Assembly (NCBI RefSeq): GCF_009914755.1 | Contig: NC_060933.1 | DNA from: the human T2T-CHM13v2.0 reference genome, Homo sapiens | DNA length: 64,000 nucleotides | Direction: 5' to 3' (one strand) | In this document: in pieces, positions 1-25,007 of the stretch | Position numbering within the stretch: position 1 is the first letter of the stretch | Layout: each line of letters starts with the position of its first letter | The notes under the pieces: generated by a model | Told to the model about the DNA's origin: nothing | Seen by the model: the letters and a program-made list of their open reading frames with translations, nothing else | The model's database searches: none | Translations under genes and position numbers: made by a program

Positions 1-636
<636 letters not shown>

Positions 637-691
637 AACTAGGATGCTGTCTGCTTCTGAAGAGAGATTTCCTTGGTCAGCTTTACTTTAA

Positions 692-1030
<339 letters not shown>

Positions 1031-2980
1031 AAAAACATGCAAACTATTACAAGAACATACTGATACCCCATTGCGCGTCACAACTAAATTAAGTCCATCT
1101 GTAAATGCTCAAATTGTTCATCAGGTGGTGGAAATATATGACCTGAAGTTTTGATTGTTTTTCCAGGATTATGAGTTTGACAAGTCAAACATTGATTATA
1201 AACCATTTTAGCAATTTTGGAACAGTCACCCGACCAGTATTTTTTCATAATTTGGATCATTTTGTCTGTTCCATGATGAGCGGTGGAGTGCAGCGTTTTC
1301 AACAATGGAAGCTTCAAAGACTCAGGAAGGACCAGGCGGCCGTCTGGGCCCTCCGTGAGTCTGTGCATCACATTAAATTTACATCCTTTTAGATACCAAT
1401 TTTGCTTTTCCAAATCAGGTGCACTGCACTGTTTACTAAGCAGGTCATCATAAGGAAGTGGGCTCGGCTTAATCCAATGGAGTTCATTCAGATTGCATTT
1501 CTTAACAGTTTCAGCACTAGCTGATTTAGCATAAAAATTTGCTAAAGCATTTCCCTGATATTTGGGTTCAGTTCTACAAGTATGAGCTTCAATCTTAGTA
1601 ACAACAGTCTACAATGGTAACAGGATAGCAGAAAGGGGCTCATTTACTTGGGGTCCATTTTTGATGGAGGTCCCACTAGAGGTGAGAAACCCTCATAGTT
1701 TCCATATCACGCCAAAATCATGTACTACTCCGAAAGCATATCTACTAGCTGTATAAATATTTACTGACTTGTCCTCAGCTATATGACAAACTTGGGTAAG
1801 GACAAAAAGCTCTGCAGTTCGGGCTGACTTAAATTGAGGAAGCGTTTCCTTCTCTATTCACTCATTTTGGATGGTAACAGCATATTCTGCCTGGTATTTT
1901 CCTTCTGAGATTTTAGGATAGGACCTATCAACAAAAAGTATAAATCCAGGATTATCCACTGGAGTATCTTGTAAATCAACATGAGGGGCCACTATTTCTG
2001 GCACTACATTTACACAGTTGTGTTCTTCACCATCGTCAGGCAAAGGTAACAGAGTAGCAGGGTTAAGTAGATTACAGCATTTTAAATGAAGATTAGGAGA
2101 TAGCAGTAATTCATAAAATGTTAGTTTACTTACTGAAAAATGCTGGGTTTGGTTGGAATTTAACAGACTTTCCACAGCATGTGAGGTTTGCAAATTAAGT
2201 TCGCTTCCTAAAACCAGATCTGATGAAGCTTCTACCAGCTTGGCAGCTGCTGCTACTGCTTTTAAACAGTTAGAATATGCCTTAGAGTCTGGGCCTAATT
2301 GCAGGCTATCGTATGCAATGGACCTATGTTTAGCACCACGTTCTTGTGTAAGGACTCCTAATGCCTGATTGTCACACTCATGAACAAACAAGGTGAAAGG
2401 CTTAGGGTAATTTGGAAGTCCTAAAGCTGGGGGCTGTTGTAAGGCCAACTTCATTTGGCTAAAAGCCTGCTCATGACTATCTTCCCAAGGTAAAGGCTCT
2501 GGTACAGCATTTTTAGTGAGTTCATACAATGGCGAACCTATTAAGGAAAAATTTGGAACCCAGGATCTGCAATATCCTGTAAGTCCAAGAAATCCTCTTA
2601 ATTGTCTTTTGGTTTCAGGTCAAGGAAAACTTTGAACAGTTTTTATCCTCCCAGGTGAGAGGAAATCCCTTTGGCAGTCAAGTCATGTCCCAAATAGTGG
2701 AATTTTTCTTTTGAAAACTGAAGTTTTTCCATTTAAGCCTTGTGATCTTTATATGCAAGTTGTTGTAAAAGGTAAACTGAGTCAATTTCAGAGCACTCCT
2801 TAGTGGGAGAACAATAAGTCATCTACATACTGAATGAGAGTACAATTTTGAGGAAATTGTAGTGTTATTAAGTCCTGATGCAATGCCTGGGAAAAATATG
2901 AAGTGGCTTTGGTAAACCCTAGTGGCTTTACAGCCCAGGTGTATTGCCTATTTTTCCAAGTAAAGGCAAACAAGTATTGA

Positions 2981-3275
<295 letters not shown>

Positions 3276-4152
3276 ACTTTCTTTATGAACTGGAATGCTA
3301 AAGAAGGCTAAGCAGAGATCTATTACTGTGGACCACTTGGAACTAATTGGTACATTAGATAATAAAGTATCAGGATTTGGAACTACAGGAATCTTGGTAT
3401 TACAATTTTATTAAATGCCCGTAAATCTTAAACAAATCTCCAGCCTTGTCCATTTGGTTTTTTAACTGGTAGTACTGGACTGTTACAAGGGCTGGTGCAC
3501 GGGATTATGAGTCCTTGTTTAATGAAATCCTCTACAATTGGTGACAGCCCTTGAATTGCTTCAGGTTTTAGAGGATATTGGGGTAATTTAGGCAAAGGTT
3601 TAGAACGATCTCTTTGTACTTTTATAGGTTCCAAACTTTTAATTCTTACCATATCAGTTGGGGAAGAGGCCCAAAAACATTTAGATATTTTTGAAAGATC
3701 AGGGGTATTACAGGCCTGAGTTTCAATCTTATAGATTTCTGTCTGTAGACAGCATAACAATTCTAGTCCAGGAGAATCAGGAAACTCTAAGGTTATTTCT
3801 CCTGAGAAAAATTTTATGTGCCCTTTTAGCTTTGAAAGCAAATCTCGCCCTAACAAGTTTACTGGAGCAGTATAACATAGTAAAAAAGTGTTTTTCTGAA
3901 AAGGGGCCCAAAGTTAATTGGATTGGTTCAGATACGGGAACCTCTTAAACTTGATTTGAAACCCCCACCACAGAAATGACCTTTTTACTCCAAGGGATTT
4001 GTTGGCTTATTAAAGTGGGGTTTATGGTAGATAGAGTAGCCCCCATATCCCCGAGGACTGTACACAACTCCCCATTTATTTTAACCTGTTTCTCCACGTT
4101 GATTTAAAGGCACGGAGAGCAATCTACTGGAGAATCCCTTGGAACCTCATCA

Positions 4153-4660
<508 letters not shown>

Positions 4661-5388
4661 GATTAATCCCTTGGGTCCCGGTCCCTGTAACTGTTATAGC
4701 TGAAGGGCCATAAGCTTGTTAGCCTTTTGAGTTTTTTCTTGCTCTAGAGTCCTCTCAAAATGTCCAGCTAAGGCCAACAATTTAGTCATATCTGTAACTT
4801 CCTATCCCAACTCATGTATTTTAATTAAATTGCTGAGTTCGGGATGGAGTCCATTTACAAATAGAGCACTTAATGCCGTTTCAGTCCTTGCAGGAAATAC
4901 TTCTTGTTGTACTTGGATCCCAGAATGTTTCACAAACAGCATTTCTAAGTGAGTTCTGTAATCTGAAACTGAAATCTTTTTTTTTGTTATGTTTACAAGA
5001 TTGTATGATGGACCAGTCCATTTTTTGCGGAAAAATTTTAGGAATTGAATTTAAAAGGTTTTCAGCAATTTTTCCAGCGACTTTTGGTCCTTCTTGTGAG
5101 GAGCTTTTGGAGGGGTCTTTAACATCCTCCTCAGGTTTGCCCCATTCTGCTGCTGCCGTCCATTTCCGAGCTTTACCAGGCCCCAATATCACGGGAATAC
5201 ATTAGTGAAGGTCAGGAAGTCCTGGATCATAAGCTCCTATGAGGATTCTAAATTCCTCAGTAAATTTTTGAGGATTTTCTCTTGGATCAGGCAAGTCCCT
5301 CACAATGGCTCTAAGCTCAGTTTTAGACCATGGAGTGAAAGTAGTTACAGCAGGCAGGCATGACTGATCAGAAAGTCTCACTTTGTAA

Positions 5389-5768
<380 letters not shown>

Positions 5769-6211
5769 TAGCAAAAAGGTTAGTGGACTCAGAGTATGTA
5801 GGTAGAGAAGGATAAGGAGAAGGAACAGTCAGGATGAGGTCAGTCACAGTACAGTCCTCTTTCATCATGTCGTTAGTTTGTTGCTTAAGCTTTTCGTTTG
5901 CTTTTTGCAAAGAATCTTTTAAGGAGTCAATTTTTGATTCATTTACTCTTTTAGGGGCTTCTGCATACCAATAAAAGAATACACATCCCACTGTTTTATG
6001 GGGTTTTTCATTCCCCCTTTTCTAATATGCCTCATAAATAAACAATTTTATCCAAATTAAAACTTCCCCATTGCAGCCATCTTAATTCTAAGTTTTCTTT
6101 AGTTAGGTTAACCCATTTTTCTAAAAATGCACAAGTTCTGGGCCCATAATTTTTATGCATAAAATTAGCTGGAGTCCCAGAATGTGGAGTCCCAGACTCC
6201 TTGGATTGAGA

Positions 6212-6746
6212 GGGTTGCATCTGAGCTGGTTCCAGCCTTGGAGTAGGGGCTGCTGCTGGTCCCAGGCTCCATGCTGGGGGCCTGGTGGCCAGATGGAAGG
6301 TTCAGCTTTGCAGCAGTCACACCTGCTGGGTGAATGGGTGTTCTAAGGGTGCTCGTTGGCACAGGTGGCTGTGACTCATATCTGGGAAAGTGTGAGGGAA
6401 GCGCACAGAGGGCAGCCGTCCCTTTGGTGTCAGGGCTCCGTCCCCATGGGCAGTGCTCCTTGGAAAAAGTCAGCTACTCCTTTGGATCCTGGGGAGCAAA
6501 AGGCACCTAAGGCAGTGAGTAGTCCACAGAGGCCAGGTCAGCCTGGTGACCAGGAGGTGTCCTGCCCAGCAGCAGGACAGGTTCTGTGTGAAACTGGAAT
6601 CTGGAGGTGGCCTGGGCTGACAGGTGGGTGGAGGGTGTCTGGATGGCTTTGTCCACTCCCGTCTGTAAGTGCTTAGCCACTCTGCAGGTGAGACCCTAGG
6701 AAGGGAAGCCCTGGTTGGTGCCAGGGGTTGATTAGAAGATGCCCTT
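6212..6746 (-). pseudogene. RALGDS-derived fragment, copy 2: terminal codons KGIF-stop + 3'UTR, fused to the start of an upstream RALGDS exon
   Basis: AAG GGC ATC TTC TAA at 6746-6732 matches the recalled RALGDS C-terminus (AKGIF*). Colinear similarity with 12298-12820 in this window. HQAPSMEPGTSSSPYSK resembles RALGDS RQAPSTELSTSGSSHSK. Confidence 0.8.
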
Positions 6747-7045
6747 GCAGGCATGGTGGCTCATGCTTGTAATCCCAGCACTGTGGGAGGCTGAGGCAGA
6801 AGGACTGCTTGAGCTCAGGAGTTCAAGACCAGCTTGGGCAAGATGGTGAAACCCTGTCTCTATAAAAAATTTAAAAAATTAGCATGTGCTTGTGGTCCCA
6901 GCTACTTGAGAGGCTGAGGTGGCAGGATAGCTTGAGTCCATGAGATCAAGGCTGCAGTGAGCCAAGATGGCACCACTGTACTCCAGCCTGGGTCACAGAG
7001 TGAGACCCTGTCGTAAAGCAAACAAACAAACAAACAAACAAAAAA
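6747..7045 (+). mobile_element. AluJ-like
   Basis: Diverged Alu consensus, (AAAC)n tail. Confidence 0.88.
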
Positions 7046-7049
7046 CCCC

Positions 7050-10185
<3,136 letters not shown>

Positions 10186-10186
10186 A

Positions 10187-10478
10187 GGCCGGGCGCGGTG
10201 GCTCATGCCTGTAATCCCAGCACTTTGGGAGGCCGAGGCGGGCGGATCACGAGGTCAGGAGTTCAAGACCAGCCTGGCCAACATGGTGAACCCCCCTGTC
10301 TCTACTAAAAATACAAAAATTAGCTGGGCATGGTGGCAGGCACCTGTAATCCCAGCTACGCGAGAGCTGAGGCGGGAGAATTGCTTGAACTCCGGAGGCG
10401 GAGGTTGCAGTGAGCTGAGATCATGCCATTGCACTCCAGCCTGACGACAGAGAAATACTCCGTGTCAAAAAAAAAAAA
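10187..10478 (+). mobile_element. Alu (AluS-like)
   Basis: Alu consensus with polyA. Confidence 0.93.
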
Positions 10479-10574
10479 GTAACCTTTATTTTATATGAAT
10501 TTTATAACATAAAATACAGGTAACTATAAAGTATATGAATAAAAGAAAACCAGGCAGGAAAAAAAGAATGCCTT

Positions 10575-11573
10575 GACAGGTGAGGGCCATGAAGGTTCTG
10601 GTCCTGGGGCTGGCACTGGCTGTATCTTGGGAGCTGGGACTGGAGCTGGTGCCAGAGCTGATTCTAGCTGTGGTTCTGGGCCAGCGACTGGCTCTCCCTC
10701 TGGAGGTGATGGCAGAGTCGGGTTTGACGTGCAGCCGGCACTAGCCTTAGCTGTGAGGTGGATGCTGGAGTGGCTCTAGGTCAGGAGGTGATACTACAGG
10801 AGGTTCTGGACCTGTATCTGAAATGAAAACTCTCACTGGCTGTCTCCTTGAATTGGTGCTGGGGCAGGTCATAGCTCTAGAGATGGCACCAGAGTTGGCG
10901 TTAGAGCTGCCTCTATCCCTGGAGTTGCTGGGAGTGGTGGTGCTTGAGCGATTTCTGGATTGGTGTTGGAGCTAGAGCTCTTGTTGCAGCTGGGGTTAGC
11001 TCTAGAGATGGTATCCGAGTTGAGAGAGCTGCCTCTATCTCTGGAGTTGCTTTGGTGTTGGAGCTAGAGCTCTTGTTTAGGCTCTGGAGGCAGCACAGGC
11101 TCTAGCTTGGAGCTAGTGCTAGAGTTGGCTCTGGACCTGACTTCCTCTGAATCTGGTGCTGGCCATAGTATGAGCCTGGCATTGACTCTAATTCTGTAAT
11201 CATTTTGGAGCCGGTTCAAGCTCTAGAGCTGGTGCTAGAACTACCATTGCAGCTAGTGCAGCAATTTGTGATAAAGGTGCCCAAACTCCGGATTTGATGT
11301 TCAAGTTCGTACTGGAGCTAGATCTACCTCCGCTGATGGTGCTAGAGCTGTTTCTGGAGCTGCTTGTAGCTCTGAAGCTAGTGCTGGGGCCATCTGTAGC
11401 TCTGCAGCTGGTGCGGGAGCTGCTGCTGGCCCGGGCTCTACCTCTGGAGCTGATGCGAGAGCCAGTGCTGCCACTGGCTCTTCCTCTGAACTTGGCACTG
11501 GGTCTAGCTCCATGTCTGGTGCTGGCTCCAATTCTGAATTGGTTGGGGAGCTCGTTCTGGCTCTAGATGAGGA
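10575..11573 (-). pseudogene. RALGDS Pro/Ala/Glu-repeat exon-like segment, expanded to ~1 kb (copy 2)
   Basis: Acceptor ccccacag ending at 11574; degenerate CCAGCTCCAGAGCTA repeats (ELEPAPDMELDPVP..); ends PVPAPGPEPSWPSPV, resembling RALGDS PVPSLQPSWPSPV. Confidence 0.72.
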
Positions 11574-11725
11574 CTGTGGGGACCATCAGCCTCCGCTCAG
11601 GCTGGGCATGCTGCCTGGATGGCCCAGAACTGGTCACTTGTCAAAACAGTCCTGCAGGAGAGGTCCGTCTGTACCCAGAGAGGCCTGAGTGAGGGGACCA
11701 GGGACTGCCCACCTGCCTGGCACCC

Positions 11726-11964
11726 CAGGACGCTCTTGTACCTGTTGTCTTGTCCTTGTCCGGGCCGATGTGGATGACGTGGCGTCGCCTACCTGCAGGT
11801 TGTAGAGCAGCGTGAGGAGCTGTGGCTGCAGAGCCCTGAGACTGAGAATTTGAAGGTGGGTTTAGCAGCCGTGGTGTGCTGGAGGCTGAAGAGGAGGAGG
11901 TGCTGCTGGAGTCGGAGTTGGTGCCGGAGGTCCCTGCGGATGACAGCAAGGTCGATTCCCAGAA
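11726..11964 (-). pseudogene. RALGDS exon-like remnant (Ser-rich linker / start of RA domain)
   Basis: ccctcag|TTCTGGGAATCG gives FWESTLLSSAGTSGTNSDSSSTSSSSASSTP..SVSGLC..YKSVL versus recalled RALGDS FWESASQSSPETSGISSASSSTSSSSASTTP..SVSGLC..YKSIL; frameshifted, donor decayed. Confidence 0.85.
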
Positions 11965-12166
11965 CTGAGGGGAATAGCAAGATCAGCAGAAGCCTGGACC
12001 CTGCAGGGCTTCTGAGGCCAGCGTCCCCCTCTGGGGCTTGTTAGCAGCTCCATTCAGCAGTCAGGGGTTTGTTGCTTCTTTTTTGGGTGCAGAGTGGGGA
12101 ACGCAGGCACCGGCTGGGAGGGGACATAGAATGAAAGAGCTGTCAGGGAGAAGGGCAAGCAGTCGC

Positions 12167-12365
12167 CTTCTTTCCCTGCCATTAGGGGGCTCCAGGACAA
12201 AGCTGACATTGATCTCCTTCACTTTGCAGCTGGAGGAGCCGGCTGAGTGCACGCTGAGTGCATTGGCAATGTCCCGGCTGCTGAGGGAGGAGCTCACCTG
12301 AGCTGGTCTCAGGGCTTGAGTGGAAGCTGCCTCTGGTCCTGAGCTCCCTGCTGGGGGCCTGGCGG
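12167..12365 (-). pseudogene. RALGDS exon-like remnant
   Basis: ccttccag|CCGCCAGGCCCCCAGC.. gives LSSRDIANALSVHSAGSSSCKVKEINVSFV versus RALGDS LSSGDIADALSVHSAGSSSSDVEEINISFV; donor reads GC. Confidence 0.88.
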
Positions 12366-12404
12366 CTGGAAGGGCAGCTTCACCATTGTCAGATCTGCTG
12401 GCTG

Positions 12405-12980
12405 AGTGGGTGCTCTAGGATGCCCCGGGCATGGATGGCAGTGACCTGTACTAGAAGGGTGTCAGGGACATGCTGGTGGGGGGGGGGCAGCACGTGGGGC
12501 CAACAGGGCATGGTGGCAGCATGGTGGCATGGTGGCAGCACCTGCTGGAAAGGGTTAGCTGGTCCTCTGGTTCCCAGGGCACAGAAGGCAATTATGGCGG
12601 TCCACTGAGGCCAGGTCAGCCTGGTGACCAGCAGGTGTTTTATCCAACAGAAGGACAGAGCCCCTGGAGTCTGGGGTGGCCTGGGCTTGCAGGTGGCTGG
12701 AAGGTGCCTGACTGGCCTGGTCCCCTCCAGTCTGTAAGTGCCTAGCCAGCAGCCAGACCCTGGGGAGGGCGGCCCTGTGGTGAGTCAGCACAGGAGATGG
12801 CTGAGAGGATGCCCTTGGGAATCTCCAGTCCCTTCTGCTTCATGCAAGGAGGGCCGAGCTGCCTCCACACCTGACCTGTGTCCCCTTGCTAAGCGTTGCT
12901 TCTTTTGGACAAAGTCATAGTCAGCGGTAGAGTTCACGGTTGAAAACGTGTTGGCGTTGTCAGGGGTCTTCAGCTTGGTG
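12405..12980 (-). pseudogene. RALGDS last-exon + 3'UTR remnant (copy 1)
   Basis: LKTPDNANTFSTVNSTADYDFVQKK versus [44 protein letters not shown] resembles MKQKGLKIAKGIF. Confidence 0.85.
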
Positions 12981-13039
12981 GGGAAGGGCAGAAGGATGGT
13001 CAGCTGTGCTCAAGAGGGGGCCACAGGCCAGACAGAGAA

Positions 13040-13610
<571 letters not shown>

Positions 13611-13624
13611 AAATGTTGCCAGCC

Positions 13625-14009
13625 CAGGGAGGGGCCTTAAAGCTCTGGCACAGGAGCTGGTGCTGAAGGTGGTGCCTGCCTGAGGCTCCCGCACTGGAGC
13701 TGGAGTGGTGGCCGATGCTCGAGCTGCCGCGTTCTGGCTGTGGAACTGGCTCAGTAGCGGGGGCCTGAGCCAGGGCTGGAGCTGCCTCTATCCCAGGCAG
13801 TGGTGCTGGAGCTAGATCTAGAACTGGCTCTTATTCTGGAGCTGATTCTAACTCTAGCCTGGTGCCAGAAGGGGGGCAAGAACCGACACTGAAGATGGCT
13901 TTAGCTCTGGAGCTGGCCTGAGTGTTGGAGCTGGAGGTGGCTCTAGCTCTGTGGCTGGCACAAGACCTTATGCTAGAGCAGGCTCTAGCTTTGTAGCCTC
14001 CACTGCTGG
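13625..14009 (-). pseudogene. RALGDS Pro/Ala/Glu-repeat exon-like segment (copy 1)
   Basis: Acceptor cccacag ending at 14010; LELESAPE-type repeats similar to 10575-11573. Confidence 0.62.
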
Positions 14010-14067
14010 CTGTGGGTGAGATGCTGTCCCCTCTGTTGGGCTGTGAGCTCTCAGGACAGGGATGGTG

Positions 14068-15405
14068 TATAGGTTCACTGTCATATTCCAGAGGTCTGGG
14101 GTTCACCATCATATTCCAGGTGTCTGGGGCTCACTGTCGTATTCCAGGTGTCTGGGGTTCACTGTCATATTCCAGGGGCCTGGGGTTCACCACCATATTC
14201 CAGAGGTCTGGAGTTCACCATCATATTCCAGGTGTCTGGCGTTCACTGTCGTATTCCAGGTGTCTGGGGTTCACCATTGTATTCCAGGTGTCTGGGGCTC
14301 ACTGTCGTATTCCAGGTGTCTGGGGTTCACTGTTGTATTCCAGGTGTCTGGGGTTCACTGTCATATTCCAGGGGCCTGGGGTTCACCATCATATTCCAGG
14401 TGTCTGGCGTTCACTGTCGTATTCCAGGTGTTGGGTTCACTGTTGTATTCCAGGTGTCTGGGGCTCACTGTCGTATTCCAGGTGTCTGGGGTTCACTGTC
14501 ATATTCTAGGGGCCTGGGGTTCACCACCATATTCCAGGTGTCTGGGGTTCACTGTCGTATTCCAGGTGTCTGGGGTTCACCGTCATATTCCAGGTGCTTG
14601 GGTTCACTGTTATATTCCAGGTGTCTGGGATTCACTGTCATATTCCAGGTGTCTGGGGTTCACTGTCATATTCCAGGGGCCTGGGGTTCACCACCATATT
14701 CCAGGTGTCTGGGGTTCACTGTTGTATTCCAGGTGTCTGGGGTTCACTGTCATATTCCAGGGGCCTGGGGTTCACTGTCATATTCCAGGGGCCTGGGGTT
14801 CACCATCATATTCCAGGTGTCTGGCGTTCACTGTCGTATTCCAGGTGTCTGGGGTTCACCATTGTATTCCAGGTGTCTGGGGCTCACTGTCGTATTCCAG
14901 GTGTCTGGGGTTCACTGTTGTATTCCAGGTGTCTGGGGTTCACTGTCATATTCCAGGGGCCTGGGGTTCACCATCATATTCCAGGTGTCTGGCGTTCACT
15001 GTCGTATTCCAGGTGTCGGGTTCACCGTTGTATTCCAGGTGTCTGGGGCTCACTGTCGTATTCCAGGTGTCTGGGGTTCACCGTCATATTCCAGGTGCCT
15101 GGGTTCACTGTTATATTCCAGGTGTCTGGGATTCACTGTCATATTCCAGGTGTCTGGGGTTCACTGCTGTATTCCAGGTGTCTGGGATTCACTCTCATAT
15201 TCCAGGTGTCTGGGGTTCACTGCTGTATTCCAGGTGTCTGGGCTCACCATCGTATTCCAGGGGCCTGGGGTTCACCATCGTATTCCAGGGGCCTGGGGTT
15301 TATCATCGTATTCCAGGGGTCTGGCATTCACCATCATATTCCAGGGGCCTGGGGTTCACTGTTATATTCCAGGTGTTTGAGGCTCACTGTCATATTCCAG
15401 GTGTC
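14068..15405. repeat. VNTR, 28-bp unit (GGGGTTCACTGTCATATTCCAGGTGTCT), ~48 copies
   Basis: ATTCCAG recurs at 14085, 14113, 14141 (period 28); this explains the long stop-free ORFs. Confidence 0.97.
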
Positions 15406-16504
15406 TGCATACAACAGGGAGCAGCACACAGGTGCTGAATGCATGAATGACTGAATGAATGAACCCAAGACTTCTTTGTGTCGCAGGATTCTTTAGAGCA
15501 CCCCCTCGAAGGGCTGTTGGGAGGATTACACTGATTCATTCATCTATTTATTCAGTAAACATTAAGCACCTCCTGTGTCAGGCTCTGTTCTAGAGGCTTG
15601 AGAGAATTGCTGTGAACAAGTACGGTCCCCACTGGTGTGAGGCTGCCCGAGCAGGGTTTAAATGAGGGGAGGCGGGTCTCAAGCACGTGGTCCAAGCTCA
15701 GTGGGAGCAGCTGCCGGGATCAGTAGGTCAGGCACAAGTTCCTGTCCCGCAGCTCAGGGCCAGCCTGGGTGGGGCCTGTGGTGGAGGGGATGTGGGATCC
15801 TTGCTCCAAACGGCCATGCCATGCTATCCATGATTCCCAATGGCTTTCCCCTCACTGGGCCTCAGTTTTCCCATCTGTAAAATGGGCATGTGAGGATATC
15901 CATTTCCTGGTTCCATAATGAAGTTGACCTTGATTCTTTAAGGCAAGCAAAGAAGAGCTCTCTGCAGTTTGTCTGTCTTCACGTGACCTGGAGGCCCAGG
16001 GTTAGAGTTCACTGCAGGACCTGGGCTATGTGTCCCCACAGGAGGACTGGCCAATATCTCTCTTCTGGTCAGTGGTTGAGCTGGGCCAGGAGCTCCGGCC
16101 TGGCCCATAGTGACCATGATGACCCAGGTGTTGGGGACATGCTGGTAAAGCAATCTCCTAAGGTGCTGGTAAAATCCAGCTGGGTGCCTCAGGCACAGAG
16201 CAGTAAGTGCTAGCCCTGGTAGCAACTGGGTTTAGCCAGAGATCTTTCCAGAGTGATACATAAAAGGCTCCCTCCTTTCACTTTTTCTTATTTTCTTTCC
16301 CAACTACATTGTATTTTGTCATGTGGATGGTCATCATTTATTTAACCGGACCCTTGCTGGAGGAAATTGGGTTGTTTCTAATCTTTGGCTCTTGAGAGGA
16401 AAGCTGCAATCAATAACTGTGAACACATGTCAAGTGTAGAAGTGTTAAGTGGGATGAATTCCCTGTACTGGGACTGATAAATGAAAGGGTAAATACATTT
16501 GTAA

Positions 16505-16935
<431 letters not shown>

Positions 16936-17169
16936 TAGACAATTTTGTATATTATCATTGAGAATGAACATACGTTCATATGCTTAAAACCTTTTGTATT
17001 TCTTTCTGTAAAGGGTCTCATACTCTCTTTTGCTGATCTTTTTCTTATCAATTTCTAGGAGCTCTTTACATATTGGGGATGGGAGTCATTTTCCTGAGAT
17101 GAGTTGCAGGTATTTGTTCCCAGCGTATTCCTTCTTTTTCACATTGTGGGGCTCCCCCTACCATGTATT

Positions 17170-24140
<6,971 letters not shown>

Positions 24141-24708
24141 TCCTGGAAAGCTCTTGGACTTAAAAGATGAAAATAAATGATCCTGGAAAGATCTCGAAAG
24201 ATCAAGAATATAAAGCGCTTTTGTTTGTTTGTTTTTAATAAAACGAACCCCTAAACGCACACAGAAAGGAAGAACAAGCATCCATGGATTGTTCGGAGAA
24301 AAAGGTTGATATCCAAGAATGCGGTACCAGGCCAGGAACGGAAGAAAGTGAAGTGACCTGGGGGGAGGCGAGCGCTGATCCGAGGAGAGGAGCCAATGAG
24401 AGGCACTCACCAGGCAAGCGGGTGGGCGGGGGCCTGGCGCTGAGCACAGACAAGTCCAAGGGAAGATGCATAGGAGCTGATCGTGCAGAGATGGCAGCAA
24501 GTGGCAACGGAATCCCCCTGCATTGACAATAAACCTCCAGGAATCCCCCTGCATTGAGAGAATAAACCTCCCGGCTCTGGTTCTGTTCCGTGTCTGTTAG
24601 CGGGGTTTAGGGGTGAGTTAGGGAGAGGGCACTGCCACCAGCCCTCGGATATATTTCTCCTGCTGTTCACTATGTGTAATAGACAAACACCAACAAGAAG
24701 AGAAGAGG

Positions 24709-25007
24709 CCAGGCACAGTCGGTGGCTCATGACTGGAATTCAGGCACTTTGGGAGGCCAAGGTAGGAGGATCATCTGAGCCTAGGAGTTTGAGACCAGCC
24801 TGAGCAACGTTGGGAGTTTCTGTCTCTAAGAAAAAAAAAAATTACCTGGGCATAGTGGTGCACACCTGTAGTGGCAGCTACTCAGGAGGCTGAGCTACTC
24901 AGGATTGCCTGAGCCTGAGATATCAAGGCTACAGTGAGCTGTGATTGTACTACTGCACTCCAGCCTAGGCAACAGAGAAGGACAGTGTCTCATAAAAGAA
25001 AAAAAAA
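24709..25007 (+). mobile_element. AluJ-like
   Basis: Diverged Alu consensus. Confidence 0.85.

Noticed and set aside
14068-15405. CRISPR-like array appearance
   Set aside because: Contiguous tandem units with no unique spacers, no cas genes, and primate DNA context
14012-15454. Long + strand ORFs (458, 410, 286, 165 aa)
   Set aside because: Artefacts of a stop-free 28-bp VNTR; all three frames give the same repeating peptide
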